NCBI RefSeq assembly: GCF_009834025.1
Contig: NZ_CP047156.1
Coordinates: 2,850,067 to 2,874,066 of the forward strand
Reading direction: 5' to 3'
DNA length: 24,000 nucleotides
DNA from: Epidermidibacterium keratini
GTDB lineage: Bacteria; Actinomycetota; Actinomycetes; Mycobacteriales; Antricoccaceae
A program made the position numbers and the translations under genes. Each line of letters starts with the position of its first letter. The stretch's first letter is position 1. The notes beneath the pieces were generated by a model, which did not search any database, had not been told where the DNA came from, and saw nothing but the letters and a program-made list of their open reading frames with translations. Shown in pieces: positions 16,989-24,000 of the stretch.

Positions 16989-17830
16989 GCCGCAAGCGTG
17001 ACGGCGAGGCGCCGCCGCTGCCCGAGCCGCTCCCGGCGCCGATCGTCGACAACCACACGCACCTGGACATCGTGCTGGAGTCGGTCGACTCGAGCACCGG
17101 CGCTGAGCTGGACAAGGCGCAGTCGGTTGGAGTCGACCGCATCGTGCAGGTGGGTACGACGCTGCAGTCCTCGGTGTGGGCCGCGCAGCTGGCAGCCAGC
17201 GATGACCGCGTGCTGGCGGCGATCGCCGTACACCCCAACGATGCGCCGCGGCTGGATGCTCGCGAGCTCGATGCCGCGCTCGCCGAGCTTGACCAACTGG
17301 CTGGCCAGCAGCGCGTGCGCGCAGTGGGCGAGACCGGGCTGGACTTCTATCGCACGCGTGACGACGAGGCGCTGAAGGTGCAAGAGCAGTCGTTTCGCCG
17401 GCACATCGACCTGGCGAAGCGGCATGGACTCGCGCTGATGATCCACGACCGCGACGCCCACGATGACGTCTTTGCGGTGCTGGAGTCCGAGGGGGCACCG
17501 GACACTGTGGTCTTCCACTGCTTCTCCGGCGATGCGGCGATGGCGCGTCGGTGTGCCGATCTGGGCTACTACATGTCGTTTGCCGGCAACACGACCTTCG
17601 CGAAGTCGACCGACCTGCGCGAGGCCGCGGTCGTGGCACCGCGTGAGCTGCTCATGCTGGAGACCGATGCGCCGTTCCTGACGCCGACGCCGTACCGCGG
17701 CCGGCCCAACTCGCCCTACCTCACCGCGCTCACGGCGCGGGCGATTGCCGACGAACGCGGCGATGACCTCGGCGAACTGTGCGTCGCGGTGAGCGAGAAC
17801 GCCGAGCGGGTATACGGCTCCTGGGCCTAA
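16985..17830 (+). CDS. tatD: TatD family metal-dependent hydrolase/DNase
   Basis: ATG 16985 overlaps the metG stop (ATGA). TatD motifs: IVDNHTHLD, AIAVHPND, AVGETGLDFYR, IHDRDAHDD, VFHCFSG, SFAGNTTF, LMLETDAPFLTPTPYRG. The ORF extension to 16835 lies inside metG. Confidence 0.9.
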   Translation: MSRKRDGEAPPLPEPLPAPIVDNHTHLDIVLESVDSSTGAELDKAQSVGVDRIVQVGTTLQSSVWAAQLAASDDRVLAAIAVHPNDAPRLDARELDAALAELDQLAGQQRVRAVGETGLDFYRTRDDEALKVQEQSFRRHIDLAKRHGLALMIHDRDAHDDVFAVLESEGAPDTVVFHCFSGDAAMARRCADLGYYMSFAGNTTFAKSTDLREAAVVAPRELLMLETDAPFLTPTPYRGRPNSPYLTALTARAIADERGDDLGELCVAVSENAERVYGSWA

Positions 17831-17866
17831 GCCGGCCACGGCGGGAGCACAGCGTCCGCGTTGGAT

Positions 17867-17884
17867 AGGTCACGAAAGGTCACG
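17867..17884. promoter_or_regulatory. Tandem direct repeat AGGTCACG-aa-AGGTCACG upstream of rpfB (candidate response-regulator box)
   Basis: Exact 8-nt repeat at 17867-17874 and 17877-17884 (10-bp period). On the minus strand this reads GTGACC-n4-GTGACC. A third, inverted copy of the core (GTGACC) lies at 17923-17928. Confidence 0.4.
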
Positions 17885-17913
17885 GCAGGGTAGCGGGAGC
17901 GTAACCAGCCCGT

Positions 17914-17919
17914 TATAGT
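17914..17919 (+). promoter_or_regulatory. -10-like hexamer TATAGT for the rpfB transcription unit
   Basis: This is the only good TANNNT/TATAAT-like hexamer in the 197-bp tatD-rpfB spacer. It lies 30-50 bp downstream of the direct repeats. No convincing -35 was found. Confidence 0.3.
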
Positions 17920-17933
17920 CTTGTGACCGAAAG

Positions 17934-18005
17934 CCAGGATGGGGAAGTCCGGGTATTTTGCCTCGGGGCACACGTGTGCCCGGACGCGCCTGTTCCCCTG
18001 CCTGG
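17934..18005 (+). ncRNA. Structured 5'-leader element (72-nt nested stem-loop) immediately upstream of the rpfB RBS
   Basis: Hand-checked pairings are CCAGG(17934-38)/CCTGG(18001-05), GGGGAA(17941-46)/TTCCCC(17993-98) and GTCCGGG(17947-53)/CCCGGAC(17979-85). The apical region contains the perfect palindrome GGGCACACGTGTGCCC (17966-81), which competes with the third helix for C17979-81. The RBS GGAGAA is at 18020-25 and the GTG at 18028. Confidence 0.35.
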
Positions 18006-18027
18006 ATGACATCACCATCGGAGAACC

Positions 18028-19236
18028 GTGCGTCTTTCCTATCGTGTCGGCCTGAGCATCCTCGCGGTTATCGCCATCGTCGGCGGGACCTTCGCGTTCA
18101 AGGCCCTCGGCAAGTCCGTGAACGTCGTCGTTGACGGCAAGTCGCAGACCGTATCCACCTACTCATCCAACGTCGAGGACGTCCTGGCCGATGCCGACGT
18201 CGACGTGAAGAACCGCGACGAGGTCACCCCGTCGCTGAAGTCCGGCGTCAAGGACGGCGCCGCGATCAACGTGACCCGCGCCCGGATGGTCAACTACACC
18301 ATCGATGGCGTGCAGGAGGCTCAGTACCTCACCGCCCTCACCGTTGACGACGCGCTGCAGGAGCTTGGCGTCGCTGACAACGCCGAGGTCTCGGCCGCTC
18401 GTGACGAGCAGATTCCGCTGAAGGGCACGTCGCTGGAGATCACCACCTCCAAGGACATCACCATCAACGTTGACGGTCAGCAGCTGACCGCCTCCTCGAC
18501 CGCGCCTGATGTCGCCACGTTGCTGGCCGACAACGGCATCGTGCTGGAGCAGCAGGACTACACCGACCCGCTGGCGACCACCGCGCTGACGCCCGGCATG
18601 ACGATCACCGTCAACCGCGTGCGCATCACGCAGGTGCAGGAAGTCCAGACGATCGACTACCAGGTCATCGAGCAGCCCGACGGCGGTCTGGAGAAGGGCG
18701 ACAAGAAGACCGCGACCGAAGGCGTCGAAGGCGAGCAGGTCGTCACCTACAACGTGACCACCACCAATGGCGCGGAGACTGCCAAGGAGCAGGCGGCCGT
18801 GCAGGTCACCAAGGAGCCGGTCAACAAGGTCGTGCTGGTCGGCACTGCCGAGCCCGCTCCGAGCACCTCCTCGAGCGCGCCGAGCACCTCCAGCGGCTCC
18901 GGCTCCGGCGGCTCTGGCAGCGGCTCTGGTTCCGGCGGTGGCTCCGGCTCCGGCGGCGGCAACACCGGCGCGCAGCCCCCGGCTGACAGCAGTGGCCTGA
19001 ACTGGGACGCCCTGGCGCAGTGCGAGTCCAGCGGCAACTGGGCCATCAACACCGGCAACGGTTACTACGGCGGCGTGCAGTTCGACAAGCGGACCTGGGA
19101 TGCCTATGGCGGATCGGCGTACGCCGCATACCCGCACCAGGCGAGCCGTGAGCAGCAGATCGCAGTGGCGACTCAGCTGTACAACGCTCGCGGCATCCAG
19201 CCGTGGCCGAAGTGCGGGCCGAAGCTGCTCTCGTAA
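18028..19236 (+). CDS. rpfB: Resuscitation-promoting factor RpfB-type protein (TM anchor, 3x DUF348, G5, Ser/Gly linker, Rpf transglycosylase-like domain)
   Basis: The N-terminal anchor is [18 protein letters not shown]. Three DUF348-like repeats begin VNVVVDGK.., VNYTIDGV.., ITINVDGQ... The G5-like segment is [36 protein letters not shown]. The canonical Rpf domain is [39 protein letters not shown]...QPWPKCG (catalytic E plus a Cys pair). It occupies the tatD-rpfB-ksgA-ispE syntenic position. Confidence 0.85.
   Translation: MRLSYRVGLSILAVIAIVGGTFAFKALGKSVNVVVDGKSQTVSTYSSNVEDVLADADVDVKNRDEVTPSLKSGVKDGAAINVTRARMVNYTIDGVQEAQYLTALTVDDALQELGVADNAEVSAARDEQIPLKGTSLEITTSKDITINVDGQQLTASSTAPDVATLLADNGIVLEQQDYTDPLATTALTPGMTITVNRVRITQVQEVQTIDYQVIEQPDGGLEKGDKKTATEGVEGEQVVTYNVTTTNGAETAKEQAAVQVTKEPVNKVVLVGTAEPAPSTSSSAPSTSSGSGSGGSGSGSGSGGGSGSGGGNTGAQPPADSSGLNWDALAQCESSGNWAINTGNGYYGGVQFDKRTWDAYGGSAYAAYPHQASREQQIAVATQLYNARGIQPWPKCGPKLLS
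18859..18960 (+). repeat. Low-complexity coding repeats in the rpfB linker (duplicated CCGAGCACCTCC, then a 69-nt GGC/TCC/AGC tract encoding [23 protein letters not shown])
   Basis: CCGAGCACCTCC occurs at 18859-18870 and 18880-18891 (PSTSS x2). The 18892-18960 tract is 23 consecutive Ser/Gly codons, in frame with the CDS. Confidence 0.8.
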
Positions 19237-19247
19237 TTACGTGTCAC

Positions 19248-19286
19248 CACGGCGCGGCGGCAGTCTCGGCTGCCGCCGCGCCCGTG
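19248..19286 (+). terminator. Strong GC hairpin between the two rpfB-like genes (terminator/attenuator candidate)
   Basis: 13-bp perfect stem GGCGCGGCGGCAG (19251-63) / CTGCCGCCGCGCC (19270-82) with the loop TCTCGG. It is extendable by CAC/GTG with one bulged C. GTGTCA direct repeats flank it, and no U-tract follows. The RBS AGGAG (19300-04) precedes ATG 19311. Confidence 0.45.
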
Positions 19287-19310
19287 TCATTCAACGACCA
19301 GGAGTAACCC

Positions 19311-20555
19311 ATGGGTAGGCACAGCGCGCCGTCGAAGCGCGAACTGCGCCGTCGCGACGCGACGCAGGCAGTCGAGCACGCCGCGCCAATTCTCGATGAG
19401 ACCGTTGTGACCGAGTCATCGGAGCCTGCCGCCCCGGTCGCTGACGAGAAGCCGCAGAAGTCCGGTGGCTTTCTGGCCGGTGCTGGCCTGCCGCGACGGC
19501 TCGCGCTCGGTGCCGCCGCAAGCATCCTCGTGGCCGGCACTGTCGGCTTCATCGGAATGGGCAAGTCCGTCACGGTCGTCGTTGACGGCAAACCGGTCAC
19601 CGTGACGACGTACTCCACGACCGTGGAGGGCGCCCTGCAAGATGCTGGTGTGGACACCAGTGACCGTGACGAGGTCAAGCCGACCCCGGCGAGCGCGGTC
19701 GAAGACGGCACGACCGTGGACGTCGTACGCGCTCGCCCAGTCACGCTCAATATCGACGGCACGCCGACCACGAAGTGGGTCACCGCGCTCACTGCCGACG
19801 AAGCGCTCGACGAGCTCGGGATGACCGACTACGCACTCGCCTCGGCCGGGTCAACCGCGATCCCGCTGAAGGGCGCCAGCCTCGACGTCGCGGCCCCGAA
19901 GAACGTCTCGATCAACGTCGATGGTGGCGCGCAGCAGATCGTCACCTCCGCGAGCACCGTCGCCGACGCGTTGGCCGATGCCGGCATCGAGCTGGGGCCC
20001 GAGGACGTCACTGATCCGGCGCGCGAGGTCAAGCCGACCGAGGGCATGACGGTGACCGTCACCCGCAACGACACCAGCACGGTCGTTGAGCAGCGCGACA
20101 TCCCGTTTGCGGTCGTCGAGCAGAGCAACCCCGACGAGTACGTCGGCATCGACACCGTGGCGACCCAGGGCGTGGTCGGCAAGTCCAGCGTGACCGTCCA
20201 GATCACCAGCGTCAACGGCATTCAAGTATCGGCCACCGACGTCAGCACCGAGATCGTCACCGCTCCGGTCGACCAGGTGATCTCCAAAGGCGCCAAGCAG
20301 TTTCCGGCAGAGGTCGAGGCGCTGAACTGGGACGCGCTTGCGATGTGCGAGTCGACGATGAACCCCAAGGCGGTCAACAAGACCAACGGCAAGTACTTCG
20401 GGCTCTACCAGTTCTCGGTCGAGACCTGGGCCGGTGTCGGCGGCACCGGCAACCCGATGGACGCGAGCCCTGAGGAGCAGAACGCCCGCGCCCGGATCCT
20501 GTTCATGAAGTACGGCGCCTCCCAGTGGGAGTGCGGAAGCAACCTCTACGCCTGA
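19311..20555 (+). CDS. Second RpfB-like protein (about 60-aa cytoplasmic N-extension, TM, 3x DUF348, G5, divergent Rpf/transglycosylase-like domain)
   Basis: It is collinear with the upstream paralog: [21 protein letters not shown].., [10 protein letters not shown].., [10 protein letters not shown].., then the G5-like [40 protein letters not shown]. The C-terminal domain is [41 protein letters not shown]...SQWECGSN. It keeps the CES catalytic Glu context and both Cys but lacks the [17 protein letters not shown] signature and the Ser/Gly linker. Confidence 0.8.
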   Translation: MGRHSAPSKRELRRRDATQAVEHAAPILDETVVTESSEPAAPVADEKPQKSGGFLAGAGLPRRLALGAAASILVAGTVGFIGMGKSVTVVVDGKPVTVTTYSTTVEGALQDAGVDTSDRDEVKPTPASAVEDGTTVDVVRARPVTLNIDGTPTTKWVTALTADEALDELGMTDYALASAGSTAIPLKGASLDVAAPKNVSINVDGGAQQIVTSASTVADALADAGIELGPEDVTDPAREVKPTEGMTVTVTRNDTSTVVEQRDIPFAVVEQSNPDEYVGIDTVATQGVVGKSSVTVQITSVNGIQVSATDVSTEIVTAPVDQVISKGAKQFPAEVEALNWDALAMCESTMNPKAVNKTNGKYFGLYQFSVETWAGVGGTGNPMDASPEEQNARARILFMKYGASQWECGSNLYA

Positions 20556-21409
20556 TGGCCCTGCTCGGCCCTGCTCGGATCCGAGAGCTCGCAGATGAGG
20601 TCGGTCTGCGTCCGACGAAGACCCTCGGACAAAACTTTGTGCACGACGCGAATACCGTGCGCCGGATTATCGCGGCGGCGCAGCTGGAGCCCGATGACGT
20701 GGTCCTTGAGGTCGGTCCGGGTCTTGGCTCGCTGACGCTGGGCCTGCTGGAGGCTGGGCACCGGGTAACGGCGGTCGAGATTGACCCAGCGTTGGCGGCG
20801 CGACTGCCGCAGACCGTGGCCGAGCTGGCGCCGCACGCGGCCGACCGGCTGCAGGTGGTCAGTGGCGACGCGATGCGGATCAGCGAGCTGCCAGATCCGC
20901 AGCCAACGGCGATGGTGGCCAACCTGCCCTATAACGTCTCGGTGCCGGTGTTGCTGCACCTGCTCGCTACTTTCCCTTCCCTGCATCGCATCTTGGTGAT
21001 GGTGCAGGCTGAGGTCGCGCACCGGCTCGCGGCCGCGCCGGGCTCGAAGCTGTACGGCGTACCGTCGGTCAAGGCTGCCTGGTACGCCGATGTGCGGCTG
21101 TCGCTTACGGTCAGTCGGCAGATCTTCTGGCCGGTGCCGAATGTCGACTCGGCGCTCGTGTCGCTGACCCGCAGGCCGGCGCCGCGCTCCGACGTACCCG
21201 TGCAGTCGGTGTTCGCGGTCGTCGATGCGGCCTTTGCACAGCGGCGCAAGATGCTGCGCGCCGCGCTCGGTCCGCTTTTTGGCTCCTCTCAGGCCGCTAC
21301 CACCGCACTCGAAGCCGCCGGGGTCGACCCGACCGCGCGCGGGGAAACCCTGGACGTGGAAGACTTCGTGTCTATAGCCCAGCAGTGGGACGGCTCAGGG
21401 ACCGCCTAG
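20555..21409 (+). CDS. rsmA: 16S rRNA (adenine1518/1519-N6)-dimethyltransferase
   Basis: ATG 20555 overlaps the upstream stop by 1 nt (TGATG). KsgA motifs: [60 protein letters not shown]. Confidence 0.9.
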   Translation: MALLGPARIRELADEVGLRPTKTLGQNFVHDANTVRRIIAAAQLEPDDVVLEVGPGLGSLTLGLLEAGHRVTAVEIDPALAARLPQTVAELAPHAADRLQVVSGDAMRISELPDPQPTAMVANLPYNVSVPVLLHLLATFPSLHRILVMVQAEVAHRLAAAPGSKLYGVPSVKAAWYADVRLSLTVSRQIFWPVPNVDSALVSLTRRPAPRSDVPVQSVFAVVDAAFAQRRKMLRAALGPLFGSSQAATTALEAAGVDPTARGETLDVEDFVSIAQQWDGSGTA

Positions 21410-21538
21410 TAGAAAACGGAGACTTCGACGTATGAGCGATCGACGGGTTCGCGAGCATCGCAGGCGATGGGGGCGGCGAGCGTGCGAGCCGGTCGCCAGA
21501 GCCGAGGAGCGGAGCGGTTCCGGAGAGAGCAGGGCAAT

Positions 21539-22459
21539 ATGAGCGCACCGATTCGGGTTGACGAGTATGTCGTCGCCCGAGCGCCGGCGAAGATCAACCT
21601 GCATCTTGGCGTCGGGGCGGTGCGTGAGGACGGCTTCCACGAGCTGGCGACGGTTTTTTGCGCCTTGTCGCTGAGCGACGAGGTGATCGCGAACGCGGCT
21701 CACGGGTTGAGTGTGAGCACCTCCGGTGAGGGTGCCGACGAGGTCCCCGACGACGAACGCAACCTCGCGTGGCGGGCCGCAGCGGCGCTCGCCGAACGGG
21801 CCGGGGTCTCGGCCGATGTCGAGCTGTCGATCAACAAGCAGATTCCGGTCGCCGCCGGGCTCGCCGGGGGCAGCGCTGACGCTGCGGCGACGTTGATCGC
21901 CTGCGATGCGCTGTGGCAGACCGGTGCGGCGAAGGCCGACCTGATCGAGATTGCGGCCGAGCTCGGCAGCGACGTCGCGTTTTCCTTGACTGGGGGACTG
22001 GCACTCGGCACCGGACGCGGTGAGCTGCTGTCTCCGGTGCTGGCCGCCGGAAAGTGGCACTGGGTGCTTGCGGTGGCACGCGGTGGGCTGTCAACGGCGC
22101 AGGTGTACGCCGAGCTGGACCGGCTGCGCGAAGGCCAGGAGGAGATCCCGCTGCTGACGCCGGACCGTCTGATGAACGCGTTGCGCGCGCGAGACCTGGA
22201 TCTGCTCGGGGAGAACCTGCACAACGACATGGAGCCTGCGGCGTACTCGCTGATGCCCGAGTTGCGGCGTACCCGTCGCGCTGGGCTTCAGGAGGGCGCG
22301 GTGGCCGCGGTGATGTGCGGGTCCGGTCCGACGTTTGCATTCTTGACCGAAGACGAGGAGTCGGCGATCGACCTGGCGGCGGCGATCTCCGCGCTGGATG
22401 TCGCACGCACGGTGCGTACGGCGACCGGCCCGGTCACCGGAGCGCGGATCGTCGCCTAG
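21539..22459 (+). CDS. ispE: 4-diphosphocytidyl-2-C-methyl-D-erythritol kinase
   Basis: GHMP kinase: APAKINLHLGVG, HELATVFCALSL, KQIPVAAGLAGGSADAAATL, GSDVAFSLTGG, MCGSGPTFAFL. ATG 21539 was chosen (about 15 aa before AKINL); the in-frame upstream ATG at 21467 would add an Arg-rich 24-aa extension. Confidence 0.9.
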   Translation: MSAPIRVDEYVVARAPAKINLHLGVGAVREDGFHELATVFCALSLSDEVIANAAHGLSVSTSGEGADEVPDDERNLAWRAAAALAERAGVSADVELSINKQIPVAAGLAGGSADAAATLIACDALWQTGAAKADLIEIAAELGSDVAFSLTGGLALGTGRGELLSPVLAAGKWHWVLAVARGGLSTAQVYAELDRLREGQEEIPLLTPDRLMNALRARDLDLLGENLHNDMEPAAYSLMPELRRTRRAGLQEGAVAAVMCGSGPTFAFLTEDEESAIDLAAAISALDVARTVRTATGPVTGARIVA

Positions 22460-22471
22460 CGACTGCAGACC

Positions 22472-23080
22472 CTACTTCTTCGGAGAGAGGCGAAGCGTTG
22501 GCTTGGCCTCAAGATGCGACAGGCCGTTCCAGGCCAGGTTGACCAGGTGGGCCGCGACGACGTCCTTCTTAGGCTTACGCGCCTCAAGCCACCACTGCCC
22601 GGTCATCACGACCATCCCGACGAGGGCCTGGGAGTAGAGCGCGGCGAGCTTGGTCTCGTAACCACCGGCCTTGAACGAGCGGTCCAGGATGTGCTCGACC
22701 CGGGAGGCAACGTCGTTGATCAGGCTGGAGAAGTTGCCTCCGGCGCTGCCGACCGGCGCGTCGCGGGTGAGCACCTTGAATCCGTCGGTGTCGTTTTCGA
22801 TGTAGTCCAGCAGCACCAGTGCCGCCTTCTCCAGCAGTTGGCGCGGGTGCCCGCTGGCGAGAGCTGTTTCGAACCGCTCCAGCAGCGTCGACATCTCGCG
22901 GTCCACGACGACGGCGTACAGCCCTTCCTTGCCACCGAAGTGCTCGTAGACGACCGGTTTGCTCACGTTCGCCCGCGCCGCGATCTCCTCGATCGAGGTG
23001 CCGTCAAAACCGCGTTCGGCGAAGATGACCCGACCGATCTCGACAAGCTGCTGGCGTCGCTGTGCCCCGGTCATTCGCAT
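22472..23080 (-). CDS. TetR family transcriptional regulator (downstream of, and probably co-transcribed with, the desaturase gene)
   Basis: TetR HTH: IFAERGFDGTSIEEIAARANVSKPVVYEHFGGKEGLY. It lies 40 nt downstream of the desaturase stop on the same strand. Confidence 0.85.
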   Translation of the reverse strand: MRMTGAQRRQQLVEIGRVIFAERGFDGTSIEEIAARANVSKPVVYEHFGGKEGLYAVVVDREMSTLLERFETALASGHPRQLLEKAALVLLDYIENDTDGFKVLTRDAPVGSAGGNFSSLINDVASRVEHILDRSFKAGGYETKLAALYSQALVGMVVMTGQWWLEARKPKKDVVAAHLVNLAWNGLSHLEAKPTLRLSPKK

Positions 23081-23120
23081 GTGGGGCAGTCTCTCATGTC
23101 CGCCGTCGCGGACCTGCGGC

Positions 23121-24000
23121 TCAGGCAGGAGCGTCAGCGAGCTTGGCCTTCACTCGCTCCGGGGACGGCCACTTGACGTTGTGCGCCCAGCCGAGCTTCT
23201 CGAAGACCCAGATGAGCCGCGCCGACATGTCGATCTGTCCGCGCATCACGCCGTGCCGCGCCGCGGTGGGGTCTGCGTGGTGCAGGTTGTGCCACGACTC
23301 GCCGGCCGACAGGATCGCCAGCGGCCAGTAGTTCGCGGACATGTCGCGTGAGGAGAACGGACGCTCACCGACTGCGTGGCAGATCGAGTTGATGCTCCAG
23401 GTGACGTGCTGCAGCAGGAACAGGCGCACCAGCCCGGCCCAGAAGAACGCGGTCACCGCACCCATCCAGGACCAGGTCACGAGGCCGCCGATGATGGCCG
23501 GCAGGAACAGGCTCAGCAGCGCCCACAGGCCAAACAGGCGGCTGACGCGGTTCAGTGCGGTGTTCTTGATCAGGTCCGGTGCAAACCGCTCTTTGTTGGT
23601 GCGCTCGCGGTCGAAGATCCAGCCGACGTGCGCCCAGAACAGGCCCTTGGCGAGCGCGCCCGCGCTCGTGCCGTAGCGCCACGGCGAGTGCGGGTCGCCG
23701 TCGCGGTCGGAGTAGGCGTGGTGGCGGCGATGATCGGCCACCCACTGCAGCAGCGGACCCTGAATCGCCATCGAACCGGCGATGCCGAGCGCGACACGCA
23801 GCGGCATCTTTGCCTTGAAGGAGCCGTGGGTGAAGTGCCGGTGGAACCCGACGGTGATGCCGAGCAGGCCGACGAAGTAGAACACGACGCCGAGGGCGAT
23901 ATCGACCCAGCCGATGAACGAGCCCCAGGCGAGGGGTACGGCGGCGATGATCGCCACGATGGGGAAGAGAACGTAGACGTAGAGCACCAGATACTGCGCC
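23121..24000 (-). CDS. Membrane acyl-CoA (stearoyl-CoA-type) fatty-acid desaturase, 5' end outside the window
   Basis: Three histidine boxes: HRHFTH, HRRHHAYSDRDGDPHSP, WHNLHHADP, with hydrophobic helices between them. The reading frame stays open to the window edge (..AQYLVLYVYVLFP), so GTG 23987 need not be the start. Confidence 0.85.
   Translation of the reverse strand, partial: AQYLVLYVYVLFPIVAIIAAVPLAWGSFIGWVDIALGVVFYFVGLLGITVGFHRHFTHGSFKAKMPLRVALGIAGSMAIQGPLLQWVADHRRHHAYSDRDGDPHSPWRYGTSAGALAKGLFWAHVGWIFDRERTNKERFAPDLIKNTALNRVSRLFGLWALLSLFLPAIIGGLVTWSWMGAVTAFFWAGLVRLFLLQHVTWSINSICHAVGERPFSSRDMSANYWPLAILSAGESWHNLHHADPTAARHGVMRGQIDMSARLIWVFEKLGWAHNVKWPSPERVKAKLADAPA

Noticed and set aside
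16760-17839. 359-aa minus-strand ORF antisense to tatD (plus the 265-aa ORF 16842..17639)
   Set aside because: It is a low-complexity Arg/Pro/Ala-rich translation. The plus-strand TatD frame explains the region.
17827-18018. 63-aa minus-strand ORF inside the tatD-rpfB spacer
   Set aside because: It has no RBS, no recognisable features and unusual codon composition. The region is better explained as rpfB promoter and leader.
17861-18027. Possibility that the rpfB leader is a ydaO-type c-di-AMP riboswitch
   Set aside because: A few short strings (CACGG, GTAGC, GTAACC, CCGAAAGCC, GGGGAA) are reminiscent of that motif. However, I cannot reproduce its pseudo-twofold architecture by eye, so it is left as a test to run (covariance-model search), not a call.
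18892-18960. Short GGC/TCC/AGC repeat tract that looks like a micro-satellite or array
   Set aside because: It is in frame within rpfB and encodes a Ser/Gly linker. It is neither a CRISPR array nor a non-coding VNTR, although length polymorphism between strains is possible.
18163-19137. 324-aa minus-strand ORF antisense to rpfB
   Set aside because: It is a shadow ORF of a GC-rich gene. The translation is repetitive (RGG/AAG) with no domain-like strings.
1-24000. Search for defence systems, prophage or IS elements, CRISPR arrays, tRNA/rRNA genes, toxin-antitoxin pairs, or blocks of unassignable ORFs
   Set aside because: None was found. Every ORF longer than about 150 codons on the supported strand has a clear housekeeping, transport or regulator family assignment. 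Intergenic gaps are at most 216 bp, and no direct-repeat-bounded segment was seen. I therefore make no claim of a novel multi-gene system.

Overview
This is a densely coded, visibly high-GC stretch of actinobacterial-type chromosome (GC not computed), and essentially every long ORF maps to a well-known family. In order: three translationally linked genes (SAM-methyltransferase, TrmH/SpoU RNA methyltransferase, GrpB); a MerR regulator coupled to an aldo/keto reductase; and the divergent pair pmt (protein O-mannosyltransferase, GT39) / rsmI. Next come an MFS efflux gene broken by one in-frame amber codon with its divergent MarR regulator, a dicarboxylate/amino-acid:cation symporter, and a fully overlapping bioB-bioA-bioF-bioD operon. 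That operon is divergent from a TetR (BioQ-like) gene, with two perfect TGAAC-N3-GTTCA palindromes between them. The rest is corA, then metG-tatD-(two tandem rpfB-like genes)-rsmA/ksgA-ispE, and finally a TetR gene downstream of a 5'-truncated acyl-CoA desaturase. The pmt/rsmI ... metG/tatD/rpfB/ksgA/ispE order matches, from memory, the conserved mycobacterial Rv1002c-Rv1011 neighbourhood. I found no tRNA/rRNA, CRISPR array, transposase/integrase, phage gene or recognisable defence module, and no multi-gene block of unassigned ORFs, so I cannot support a claim of a new system here. The points most worth follow-up are regulatory and structural. (i) The rpfB upstream region has tandem AGGTCACG direct repeats, a TATAGT -10-like box and a 72-nt nested stem-loop just before the RBS. 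(ii) rpfB is tandemly duplicated, the second copy has a divergent catalytic domain, and a strong GC hairpin separates the copies. (iii) There is a dual BioQ-type operator. (iv) The MerR promoter has a perfect 16-bp palindrome inside a 19-bp spacer. (v) The MFS gene carries a single-codon (apparently CAG to TAG) disruption. All calls rest on reading the translations and sequence by eye; no searches were run.
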